NCBI GenBank assembly: GCA_023246355.1
Contig: JAHFIQ010000001.1
Coordinates: 286,247-350,246, forward strand
Reading direction: 5' to 3'
DNA from: Candidatus Uhrbacteria bacterium
GTDB taxonomy: Bacteria > Patescibacteriota > Patescibacteriia > UBA9934 > GWF2-40-263
DNA: 64,000 bases
Shown here: in pieces, positions 1 to 7,750 of the stretch
How the letters are laid out: the number at the start of each line of letters is the position of its first letter
Numbering within the stretch: position 1 is the stretch's first letter
Made by a program: the position numbers and the translations under genes
Notes under the pieces: model-generated
What the model saw: the letters and a program-made list of their open reading frames with translations, nothing else
Told to the model about the DNA's origin: nothing
Databases searched by the model: none

Positions 1-93
1 TTCGTTCAACTGAAACGTCTCAGGAGCAATCGTCACGCACGACGCGGCACCAATGCAGAGATCTGGATCGACTTTGATGTGGAGTTTGGGCAT
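1..93 (-). CDS. ferredoxin-like protein, N-terminal fragment (CDS continues beyond window start)
   Basis: Minus-strand ATG at 91-93 translates MPKLHIKVDPDLCIGAASCVTIAPETFQLNE. This DxDxCIGxxxCxxxAPExF pattern is typical of small 4Fe-4S/3Fe-4S ferredoxins. No stop before the window edge. Confidence 0.45.
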   Translation of the reverse strand, partial: MPKLHIKVDPDLCIGAASCVTIAPETFQLNE

Positions 94-116
94 AAAAAAG
101 GTGGCGAGGCCTCGCC
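94..116 (-). terminator. putative intrinsic terminator after nifU (palindrome GGCGAGGCCTCGCC followed by T-run on minus strand)
   Basis: Perfect 7 bp stem at 103-116. On the minus strand it is followed by UUUUUU (plus 94-99 is aaaaaa). Lies 45 nt downstream of the nifU stop. Confidence 0.45.
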
Positions 117-160
117 CGTAGGACGGGCACGGCCGAGGGTGGAAAAGGGAGATGAGGTGG

Positions 161-835
161 CTAGGCACCGAAGTATTTCTCGCGATAAAATCGAATGAGT
201 TCCTCAACAGCTGGAAGACATCCTGGATTGCCAATGCCGACTTTTGTCTTTTGCTGTACGAGTTCCAGTGTGTGTGCCCCATCGAGCACCGCTTCCTCAA
301 TATCGTGGTCCGTGACTTTGGCAACGGGATCGATCAGGCGCGCAGCTTCCGCGACAATTTTATCAAACTGTTCTGTCCGACGATAGTAATCATTGATCGC
401 ATCGCGAAGGGCTTTATCGCACAGCACAGAGCAATGGAATTTGCGCGCTGGAAGTCCACCCAAACGATCCATGATGTCCATGGGTTTGAGTTTGCGTGCT
501 TGCTCAAGCGTCATCCCGCCATGTTCGGTGACGATCTCACTTGCCATCGAGGTTGACGCAATCGCGCTGCCGCAGCCAAACGTCTTCCAACGAAATTCAA
601 CAATGCGCTCGGTCTGAGGATCCACTTTCATCCACACACGCAGTTCATCTCCACAGGCTGGTGAACCAATTTTTCCAATCGCATTGTAATCCGATTCCAC
701 AGCATCCTCCATCATAAAATTGCGCGGATGGAAAAAATGATCCTTTACCACGTCCGTATAAAACCAAGATTGCGCGCCATTTTTGGTGATGACATCGCCC
801 TTGGTTCCTGGATCTGGTTGTTGAGCGTGGGTCAT
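161..835 (-). CDS. nifU: NifU/IscU-type Fe-S cluster assembly scaffold with C-terminal extension
   Basis: ORF track 224 aa. Contains the conserved Cys motifs GSPACGDELRV, FGCGSAIASTSM and KFHCSVLCDKALRDAINDY. Start overlaps the nifS stop (ATGA). Confidence 0.8.
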   Translation of the reverse strand: MTHAQQPDPGTKGDVITKNGAQSWFYTDVVKDHFFHPRNFMMEDAVESDYNAIGKIGSPACGDELRVWMKVDPQTERIVEFRWKTFGCGSAIASTSMASEIVTEHGGMTLEQARKLKPMDIMDRLGGLPARKFHCSVLCDKALRDAINDYYRRTEQFDKIVAEAARLIDPVAKVTDHDIEEAVLDGAHTLELVQQKTKVGIGNPGCLPAVEELIRFYREKYFGA

Positions 836-2034
836 ACGAAATATTTAGGGTCAACTTTAACTGGACTCAGTGAACGCAGTTTTTCAACGAGTGGCGGAAG
901 CGTTTGAATCACGTAATCAATGTCCTCTTGCGTTGTGCTTCTGCCAAGCGTGAATCGAATCGATCCATGCGCGACTTCGTACGGCAGGCCGAGCGCCAAG
1001 ATCACATGACTTGGATCAAGGGACGCACTGGTACAAGCTGAACCGGTCGAGGTATAGATCCCAGCTTCATCAAGATACAGGATGAGCGCTTCCCCCTCAA
1101 TGTCCATGAATGAAATATTGACGTTATTGGCAAGACGCTGTGTTTTGTGTCCGTTGAGTCTCGTTTTTGTAATCTTCTCCTGGATGCCTCTTTCAAGTAA
1201 TTCTCGTAGCGGCAACAGACGCTCAGTCTCCTTTTCCCGATCGCGCTGTGCGATCTCAAGTGCTTTATTCATGCCGATGATTCCAGCCACGTTCTCCGTT
1301 CCAGGACGAATCGCTTTTTCTTGCGCGCCGCCAAAGAGCAGCGGCTGTAATTTGATTCCACGCTTCACATACAGCAGCCCAATTCCTTTTGGTCCGTACA
1401 TCTTAGAACCGTTGAGTGTGAGCATATCTACATGCAACTTTTCGACATCCAGTGAAAGATACTCAGACGCCTGGCAGGCATCGGTGTGAAACTTGAGCGC
1501 TGGGCGTCCGTGAGCCTCACGCCACTTTTGGATCATGTTGCCAATCTCGACAATGGGTTCGATGGTGCCGATCTCATTGTTGGCGTACATGATGGAAACC
1601 AAAATCGTATCAGGGCGCAACGCACTCTCCACTTGTTCCACGCTCACAAGCCCTTCTCGATCTGGTTCCAAATACGTCACCTCAAACCCTTCCTTTTTTT
1701 CTAAATGCATCATGGCTTCCAAAACCGCATGATGTTCAAGTTTGGTTGTGATGAGATGTTTGCCCTGTTCCTGATTTTTACGAGCGTATCCCAAGAGAGC
1801 AAGATTATCTGATTCTGTGCCACCAGAGGTGAACAGAATCTCATCCTCACGAGCATGGAGAATCTCAGCGATGCCCCTGCGTGCGCCGTCGATGTCGTCC
1901 TTCGCCTTTTTACCAAGCGAGTGAAAACTTGATGGGTTACCAAAGTCCTCATTCAGATACGGCAACATTACCTCCAAAACTTCGGGAAGCATGGGTGTGG
2001 TCGCGGCGTGATCAAGATAGACCTGTCGTTTCAT
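832..2034 (-). CDS. nifS: cysteine desulfurase (NifS/IscS family, PLP-dependent)
   Basis: Class V aminotransferase hallmarks: MKRQVYLDHAATTP near the N-terminus, FTSGGTESDN, and the PLP-lysine region SLDVEKLHVDMLTLNGSKMYGPKGIGLLYV. I placed the start at the internal ATG at 2032-2034; the ORF track extends to 2055 with a non-ATG start. Confidence 0.9.
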   Translation of the reverse strand: MKRQVYLDHAATTPMLPEVLEVMLPYLNEDFGNPSSFHSLGKKAKDDIDGARRGIAEILHAREDEILFTSGGTESDNLALLGYARKNQEQGKHLITTKLEHHAVLEAMMHLEKKEGFEVTYLEPDREGLVSVEQVESALRPDTILVSIMYANNEIGTIEPIVEIGNMIQKWREAHGRPALKFHTDACQASEYLSLDVEKLHVDMLTLNGSKMYGPKGIGLLYVKRGIKLQPLLFGGAQEKAIRPGTENVAGIIGMNKALEIAQRDREKETERLLPLRELLERGIQEKITKTRLNGHKTQRLANNVNISFMDIEGEALILYLDEAGIYTSTGSACTSASLDPSHVILALGLPYEVAHGSIRFTLGRSTTQEDIDYVIQTLPPLVEKLRSLSPVKVDPKYFV

Positions 2035-2063
2035 ATCACCGCCGGAGCCTAGCAAAAAATGTT

Positions 2064-2615
2064 CTAAACTTCAATACCAAACGTCTCACTTACCGCATGA
2101 CCGATGAGATAACCGATGAGTGCCGCTGCCAGAGAAACCGCAACCATTTCGATGCCGCTTTTGATTTTCGATGTGCGTGTGAAGGACGCAGCCCAGACGC
2201 CCACCGCAAACAGACACAGAGCTGTCACGATAATGGCTGGAACAACGGCTTGAGAAACAGGCAGGAGAAAATAAAACAGGAGCGGCACGATGCCACCGAC
2301 CAAATAAAAAACACCCATGACCAAAGCGGCTCGCATCGGATGTGTTGCCTCTTCATGATGATCCAGGCCCTTACGTTCGTGAAACAATCTCTCGGCCTCC
2401 CTGGCATGCTTGGTCGAAAGATAACTTCCCGCGGCCATGGACGTTGCTTCAGAAGCGATGAGCACAAGGCCAGAGAGAATCACGATGTACTGACTGTTGG
2501 TTCCCACGGCAATTCCCGTGATCGTTCCAAGCGTCGAGACCAGAGAATCCTCAAGCCCAAACACAATCTCACGCATGGAGTCCACGATTTCATGTTGCAG
2601 CGTTTTCTTTTCCAT
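2064..2615 (-). CDS. VIT1/CCC1-family (DUF125) putative Fe/Mn transporter
   Basis: 183 aa. The N-terminal acidic helix region EIVFGLEDSLVSTLGTITGIAVG followed by 4-5 hydrophobic segments matches the VIT1/CCC1 topology. Sits next to nifSU. Confidence 0.65.
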   Translation of the reverse strand: MEKKTLQHEIVDSMREIVFGLEDSLVSTLGTITGIAVGTNSQYIVILSGLVLIASEATSMAAGSYLSTKHAREAERLFHERKGLDHHEEATHPMRAALVMGVFYLVGGIVPLLFYFLLPVSQAVVPAIIVTALCLFAVGVWAASFTRTSKIKSGIEMVAVSLAAALIGYLIGHAVSETFGIEV

Positions 2616-2647
2616 AGTGTTATACTCAGCAGCATAACAAAAACCCT

Positions 2648-3085
2648 ATGCAAATCCCAGACGAACTTCCAGCCTTTTCCAAATCCACACTCCTGGTGGT
2701 AGCCGATAATGAACATGCCCTGTTCTTCCATCTGCTTGACCGAGAGCTCACCGCATCAGGAAAAATCGAACTCCACTATCCTGAAAAAGGTGGAGAACGT
2801 ACATCAGGCCTTTCTCCTGGTGGCGCACATTTTGCTGAGCAAAGTGAGAAACTAGAAGACGAAGGTGAACATCGCTTTGCGCATTTGCTTGCAAAAGAAC
2901 TTCACAATCGTTTGCAGCAACACACCTTTGAAGCCTTCCTACTCGTGGCTCCGCAAGAGAGACTCAATGAGTTTACCGAAAGCCTGCATCCTGACGTGAA
3001 AAAATGTCTTGGAAAGACGCTTGGCAAGCAACTGACTAAAGAAAGCCCAATCGACATCTTGAAAAGAATTCACGAGGTGGCCTAG
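2648..3085 (+). CDS. hypothetical protein, host-attachment-protein-like (weak)
   Basis: 145 aa. The N-terminal pattern STLLVVADNEHALFF resembles the TWVLVADGxxARIF start of Host_attach-family proteins. Otherwise unassigned. Confidence 0.35.
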   Translation: MQIPDELPAFSKSTLLVVADNEHALFFHLLDRELTASGKIELHYPEKGGERTSGLSPGGAHFAEQSEKLEDEGEHRFAHLLAKELHNRLQQHTFEAFLLVAPQERLNEFTESLHPDVKKCLGKTLGKQLTKESPIDILKRIHEVA

Positions 3086-3375
3086 AGCCTACGCAATCGC
3101 CGACGGTAATCGGTTCCAGATTTTTTCATAAAAATATCGATCACCTCAATGATCTGATTGGTGTGAAACAATAAATATAAAACTCTCCATCGTCCAACCC
3201 TCAACCGAAATCCAGGTTCTGAAATGCCTGCGAGTCGTTTAATGTGTGGATGATGAAGAGGATCTTGTGCGAGCCGCTCTAGCTCCGAGAGAATCTCTAC
3301 CTGAGTGGACTTGTCCATTTTCTTGAAAAGACGCTGGACATGTGGCTGATAGGTGATTTGATACACAAGATTCAC
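3082..3375 (-). CDS. RelE/ParE-family type II toxin (mRNA interferase)
   Basis: 97 aa. The core RLRVGRWRVLYLLFHTNQIIEVIDI matches the RelE/ParE fold signature (RiRvGdYRviY...v.v..I.hR). Lies immediately downstream of a small RHH ORF. Confidence 0.75.
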   Translation of the reverse strand: MNLVYQITYQPHVQRLFKKMDKSTQVEILSELERLAQDPLHHPHIKRLAGISEPGFRLRVGRWRVLYLLFHTNQIIEVIDIFMKKSGTDYRRRLRRL

Positions 3376-3594
3376 TTAGAATCCAAGTGATTCTTTGAGA
3401 TCAGAGTGAGACAGGGTTTTCTTTTTTCTCTCTCGATACGCTCTTTTAAACCGAACCACATCCTCGTTCATATCGTCGAAGTATTCACGTAACGCTCGTT
3501 GAACGAGATGATCACATGGTACATCCGAACGTCGAACAAAACGATTGAGTTCGTTTGAAAGTTTCGATGGAAGTGAAACGGTGAGTGTCGTCAT
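3376..3594 (-). CDS. ribbon-helix-helix (CopG/RHH) antitoxin
   Basis: The internal Met of ORF 3376..3936 starts a 72 aa product MTTLTVSLPSKLSNELNRFVRRSDVPCDHLVQRALREYFDD with the typical RHH beta-strand and two helices. It abuts the RelE gene with no gap. Confidence 0.6.
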   Translation of the reverse strand: MTTLTVSLPSKLSNELNRFVRRSDVPCDHLVQRALREYFDDMNEDVVRFKRAYRERKKKTLSHSDLKESLGF

Positions 3595-3660
3595 ACAATG
3601 AAACAGAATCGTATTGAACACAATAACGATATCATGAAGCCGTGTGCCGGACAAACTGTT

Positions 3661-3690
3661 GAAGGCCACGGCCTGGATCTGCTCTGACGC
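3661..3690 (-). repeat. degenerate duplicate of the tRNA-Cys 3' end (pseudo-att / tRNA fragment)
   Basis: Minus strand GATCCAGGCCGTGGCCTTCA compared with the tRNA-Cys 3' end GATCCCGGCCGTGGCCTCCA shows 2 mismatches. It is preceded by a GGTTCGATC T-loop-like stretch at 3703-3711 interrupted by an imperfect hairpin (3681-3703). It does not fold as a tRNA. Confidence 0.5.
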
Positions 3691-3743
3691 AGTCACAGCA
3701 GGTCGACTCGATCGAACCGCGGTTCTCACCCGACCATCAGCAT

Positions 3744-3775
3744 ACAGAAAACTCGGGCAACACCCGAGTTTTCTG
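3744..3775 (-). terminator. strong hairpin immediately 3' of tRNA-Cys (probable terminator/processing structure)
   Basis: acagaaaactcggg caaca cccgagttttctgt forms a 14 bp perfect stem starting 2 nt after the tRNA CCA end. There is no clean U-tract. Confidence 0.4.
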
Positions 3776-3776
3776 T

Positions 3777-3851
3777 ATGGAGGCCACGGCCGGGATCGAA
3801 CCGGCTCGTCGAGGTTTTGCAGACCCCTGCGTTCCCATTTCGCCACGTGGC
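3777..3851 (-). tRNA. tRNA-Cys (GCA), CCA encoded
   Basis: Minus strand: GGCCACG TG GCGAAATGGGAACGC A GGGGT CTGCAAA ACCTC GACGA GCCGG TTCGATC CCGGC CGTGGCC T CCA. Acceptor stem is 7 bp and T-arm 5 bp. The anticodon loop CUGCAAA gives GCA. Confidence 0.85.
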
Positions 3852-4178
3852 CAAAGACAATTCGTGTCAGAGCGTAACAAAAAGAACACTGAAAAGCAAA
3901 AGCCTGGAGATAAATCCAGGCAGAGGGCGCTCGCACAACGTATTATGGACAAATGCTCACTCGTCTTTCGACATCAAACCTCTCGTCCACCGATTGCCAG
4001 ACAATAGTCACGGCGTCTTGCGACAGCCCGAGTATCGTCCGACTGGAGTCGTGCATGGATTCAACCGATCGTTCATCAATTGCTCCTTCGCACGACGAGT
4101 TCTTTTACATGGAATATGATCGTCTGTCAACCGATGTGCCTATTTTAAAACCCTCGATCGCTGTCGAGGGTCCGTGAC

Positions 4179-4829
4179 TTACATCACCTGACGCGGCCAG
4201 GTCTCCCAGATGTGCTTGACAATCTTCCCCATCACCCACCACAGAGCCATGTGATCGACCATTGTCTCGATGTTGCGCTCGGTGAGCGGAGGTGTTCGCG
4301 AAGCTGCTTTCTCAGTGACCTTTGGAAGTACATGCGCTTTGCGAGCCTTGTAGCGAGCCTTCCACTCTGGGTTTAGCTCGATGAGTTGGCCAGCGCCGAA
4401 GTAGAGACTGCCTCGAAGCTGCGGATGACATTGGGATATGGCTCTATAAACACCGGCACGGACCCGAAGAGCCGCAAGTGACTCAAACCGATTGATGTCT
4501 CGGATAGTCACGATGATGCCCACCGCGTTGATGAGCGGAAACCCAGGGAGCGAGGCAAACACGGCCTTCCAGACAGAGTGTTGCCGCACTTCATCGCGAA
4601 GGCGGTCCTCCAGCTCCTGGATCTCTGCTTTGGTCTTCACGTACCTCTCTTCTTCGTGAGGTTTGACCTCCGCCTCGCCTAGTAGAAGACCTTCGAGAAG
4701 GTTTCTTCCCTCGTTTTCGTGATAGAGCTCAGCGAGACGGTGGTTCAGGGCTGTCCTGATTTTGAAGCCTTTGATGAGTCGCTCCATGAGCTTCGCCTCA
4801 TCGCTGGCACTGGAGTATGCAGAGTCCAT
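4179..4829 (-). pseudogene. IS110-family transposase, C-terminal fragment (lacks the N-terminal DEDD catalytic domain)
   Basis: 216 aa. FASLPGFPLINAVGIIVTIRDINRFESLAALRVRAGVYRAISQ matches the Transposase_20 HhH motif (SIPGIG..A..ii.eigDi.RF.s...laayaGl.P). Only about 120 nt of non-coding sequence lie upstream, so the roughly 150 aa DEDD domain is missing. Confidence 0.6.
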
Positions 4830-4950
4830 GCGGACACCTCCAATGACCCCGGGATTGGGGAGGAAAAATATACATCAAAAATGCAAAAAAGTCAAGCCAA
4901 CGCAGATCTAAAATAAAAAACGCCCTCACCGATAGGTAAGGACGTTTTTC

Positions 4951-5616
4951 TTAAAACACTTCCACCGTCGCGTACTGGACACCGAAGGATTTTGCGTCGG
5001 AGAGCTCTTGCATCCAGATATCCATCTTGTAGTAGTAACGTTCGTTCATGCGATCTTCGACCGTGAACACGCGGTCGCCGTAAAGCTCTGGAATACGCAC
5101 ACGGGTCCCCAACGGCAAAAAGTTTGCCGCCACAACGTCTTCGACGGCGTGTTCACACAGGTCAAACCCTGAGGCGGTGATACACGGTGTGTCATCGGTC
5201 TGCGATGGATCAGAGGTGTAGGCCGTCAGAGGAATAGTAAAGGTGTCGCGAGGATCAGCATCCTGTGCCTCTGGCAAATGACCGTACGATTCCGTCTCGT
5301 TCTGCATAGAGTCTACAATCATCGCAACCGTTTCATCATCCAATTTGAATGATCCAAGTTCAATGTCGGCATTCGCCATGGTCGGAAACAGAATATAGAC
5401 CGCAACCACACCGACAAATGAAACAAGCGAAAGATTGCTTGCCTGGCGACGAATGGGTTTGATTGTTTGTTCAAGACGCACCCACAGGAAATAGCAAAAA
5501 CTAGTGATGGTGCGCGAATAATAGGCATCCTCATGCCAAGAGTTTTTCAGTTGATTGACCCACGTTGCCAATGTCTTTTTCAGACGTGAGTGTTTGGGAT
5601 TTGATGTATTTCGCAT
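4951..5616 (-). CDS. 3D-domain protein (MltA/YuiC-like cell-wall-binding domain), membrane anchored
   Basis: The C-terminal CITASGFDLCEHAVEDVVAANFLPLGTRVRIPELYGDRVFTVEDRMNERYYYKMDIWM has the conserved-Asp pattern of 3D domains. A TM segment LSLVSFVGVVAVYILF lies near the N-terminus. I started at the internal Met (MRNTSNPK); the upstream part of the ORF crosses a GC hairpin. Confidence 0.55.
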   Translation of the reverse strand: MRNTSNPKHSRLKKTLATWVNQLKNSWHEDAYYSRTITSFCYFLWVRLEQTIKPIRRQASNLSLVSFVGVVAVYILFPTMANADIELGSFKLDDETVAMIVDSMQNETESYGHLPEAQDADPRDTFTIPLTAYTSDPSQTDDTPCITASGFDLCEHAVEDVVAANFLPLGTRVRIPELYGDRVFTVEDRMNERYYYKMDIWMQELSDAKSFGVQYATVEVF

Positions 5617-5678
5617 ACCCAGTGATATCCTCCAAGATGACCACTGGGCAGGCGAAATCGAGCACAGACCCCCTCTGA

Positions 5679-5699
5679 CTCCCCCTTGAAAAGGGGGAG
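5679..5699. other. perfect hairpin CTCCCCCTT-GAAA-AGGGGGAG between glmS and the 3D-domain gene
   Basis: 9 bp G/C-rich stem with a GAAA tetraloop about 100 nt downstream of the glmS stop. No U-tract, so it is a possible terminator or RNA stability element. Confidence 0.35.
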
Positions 5700-5794
5700 A
5701 ATTTCGCACTAAACAAAAGCACTTCCTGTGTAGGAAGCGCCTGAATGCTACCATAAAAACGCCTTTTTGTCAACCGATCTATCCCCAGCACCTG

Positions 5795-7621
5795 TCACTC
5801 AACCGTGACAGATTTAGCCAAGTTCCGAGGACGATCTGGATCAAGATTTCGAGCCAGTGCCATCTCATAGGCGAGCAATTGCATCGGAATGACCGTGAGC
5901 AGAGGTTGTAAACACTCCAGTGTCTGAGGAACCACGATCATATCCTCACACAGATGAGAAACAAGATCCGGATTGGTCGTGACCGCAATAATTTTTCCAC
6001 CGCGCGCTCTGAGCTCTTCCATGCTTGAACGCGTTTTTTCAAAAACCGAATCTTCGGGACACAGCACCACGCTGGGAAATGACTTGTCGATAAGCGCAAT
6101 GGGACCATGCTTCATCTCCCCACAGGAATACCCCTCTGCATGGACATAACTCACCTCTTTCATTTTAAGAGCACTCTCATAGGCAATGGGGGCTTGATAC
6201 TTGCGTCCTAAAAACAAGCAATTGGTCATGTCTTGATACGTGAGGGCGATGTCACGAATCGATGCACGGTTGTGAAGAATCGTCTCAACCTGATCAGGAA
6301 TTTCATACAGCGCGGCTAACACTTCTCCTGCAGCTCGTTCAGACAAGGTTCCACGAAGCTGGCCCAGGTAGACACTCATGAGCGTCAAAATCGTCAACTG
6401 AGACAAGAACGCTTTTGTGGAAGCTACACCAACCTCTGGACCCGCGTGATTGTAGACACCTGCATCTGTCTCACGAGCCACGGAGGATCCAACCACGTTT
6501 ACCAAACCCAGGGTGAGGGCGTGCTTGCGCTTTGCCTCACGGATGGCCTCCAGCGTGTCGGCGGTCTCACCCGATTGGGAAATTGCCAACACCGCGGTGC
6601 GAGTGGAAATGATCGGCTTGCGATAGCGAAACTCGCTTGCGAGCTCGACTTCCACAGGCATCCCCGCAAGCTCTTCAAACAAATATTCCCCAACAAGTCC
6701 GGCATAGTATGCGCTTCCACAACCAACGATAATCAGTCGATCAATTTCTTGAAGCCGGTCCTGTACCTCAGAAAGACCACCCAACACCGCACGTGTTCCA
6801 ATCAGATCAATTCTTCCACGCGTAGAATTTTCAATGACGTGCGGTTGCTCCAAAATTTCTTTCAGCATGAAATGTGCCTGCCCATTTTTCTTGGCGGCCT
6901 CCACTTCCCACATGAAACGCTCCACCTGCTTGTTCACAGGAGTTTGATCCAGATTCATGAGCCCCACCCCTTCGACGCTCACCGCGGCCAGCTCTCCGTC
7001 ATCCAAGAAAATCATGTCTCGCGTATACGGAAGGATCGCCGAAGGATCTGACGCGACATAGTGTTCCTGACTTCCCACACCAATGACAAGCGGAGACCCC
7101 ATCCGCGCCACAAACAACGTCTGTGGAAGATCTTTCATCATCACAAGAAGTCCGTAGGTTCCACGAACACGTTTCAACGCTCTGTGAATCGCGGTGAGCC
7201 CAGAGCCATGTTCACATTCAACTTCGATCAAGTGCGCCAAAACCTCTGAATCCGTCTGTGAGTCAAATGTATGACCCGCGGCTTTCAGCTCTTCGCGCAA
7301 CTCTTGATAATTTTCAATGATGCCATTGTGCACGATGGCCACAGACCCGTGACAGTCCAAATGAGGATGCGCATTCCCCTCATCGGGAATGCCATGGGTT
7401 GCCCAACGCGTGTGGCCAATTCCAGACGTCCCTTGAAGATTGTGTTGAGCCAACTGCTCTTTTAGCTTTCCGATGTTTCCTTGGGCGCGAACGCGGATGA
7501 GTCCCTCCTTTGAAACACACACACCCGCAGAATCATATCCGCGGTATTCCATATTTGTCAGACCTTCCATGAGCACAGGAAGCGCCTGTTTTTTTCCAAC
7601 GTAGCCGATAATTCCACACAT
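5795..7621 (-). CDS. glmS: glutamine--fructose-6-phosphate aminotransferase (isomerising)
   Basis: Starts MCGIIGYVGKK (N-terminal nucleophile Cys) and carries the GATase-2 domain plus two SIS domains (LVMMKDLPQ...; SGETADTLEA; ends ...NLAKSVTVE). The real start ATG is at 7619-7621. Confidence 0.95.
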   Translation of the reverse strand: MCGIIGYVGKKQALPVLMEGLTNMEYRGYDSAGVCVSKEGLIRVRAQGNIGKLKEQLAQHNLQGTSGIGHTRWATHGIPDEGNAHPHLDCHGSVAIVHNGIIENYQELREELKAAGHTFDSQTDSEVLAHLIEVECEHGSGLTAIHRALKRVRGTYGLLVMMKDLPQTLFVARMGSPLVIGVGSQEHYVASDPSAILPYTRDMIFLDDGELAAVSVEGVGLMNLDQTPVNKQVERFMWEVEAAKKNGQAHFMLKEILEQPHVIENSTRGRIDLIGTRAVLGGLSEVQDRLQEIDRLIIVGCGSAYYAGLVGEYLFEELAGMPVEVELASEFRYRKPIISTRTAVLAISQSGETADTLEAIREAKRKHALTLGLVNVVGSSVARETDAGVYNHAGPEVGVASTKAFLSQLTILTLMSVYLGQLRGTLSERAAGEVLAALYEIPDQVETILHNRASIRDIALTYQDMTNCLFLGRKYQAPIAYESALKMKEVSYVHAEGYSCGEMKHGPIALIDKSFPSVVLCPEDSVFEKTRSSMEELRARGGKIIAVTTNPDLVSHLCEDMIVVPQTLECLQPLLTVIPMQLLAYEMALARNLDPDRPRNLAKSVTVE

Positions 7622-7750
7622 AGTGCATCCATCGTAGATGGAAATGAAAAAGGATACGGCATGAACAGATAGCAAAAGTGGACAAGTGAAAGACCTGCCG
7701 AAAAATCAAGACAAAATGACTTTGGCCTTTGTCCAAATCTGTTCGACGAT

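Noticed and set aside
1881-2702. 273-aa plus-strand ORF across nifS/VIT1
   Set aside because: Antisense to two well-supported genes and it spans their intergenic gap. Composition is His/Arg/Cys-rich junk.
7622-7750. glmS ribozyme in the glmS 5' leader
   Set aside because: Only 129 nt are shared with the divergent PBP1A gene, and none of the conserved ribozyme core sequence is present.
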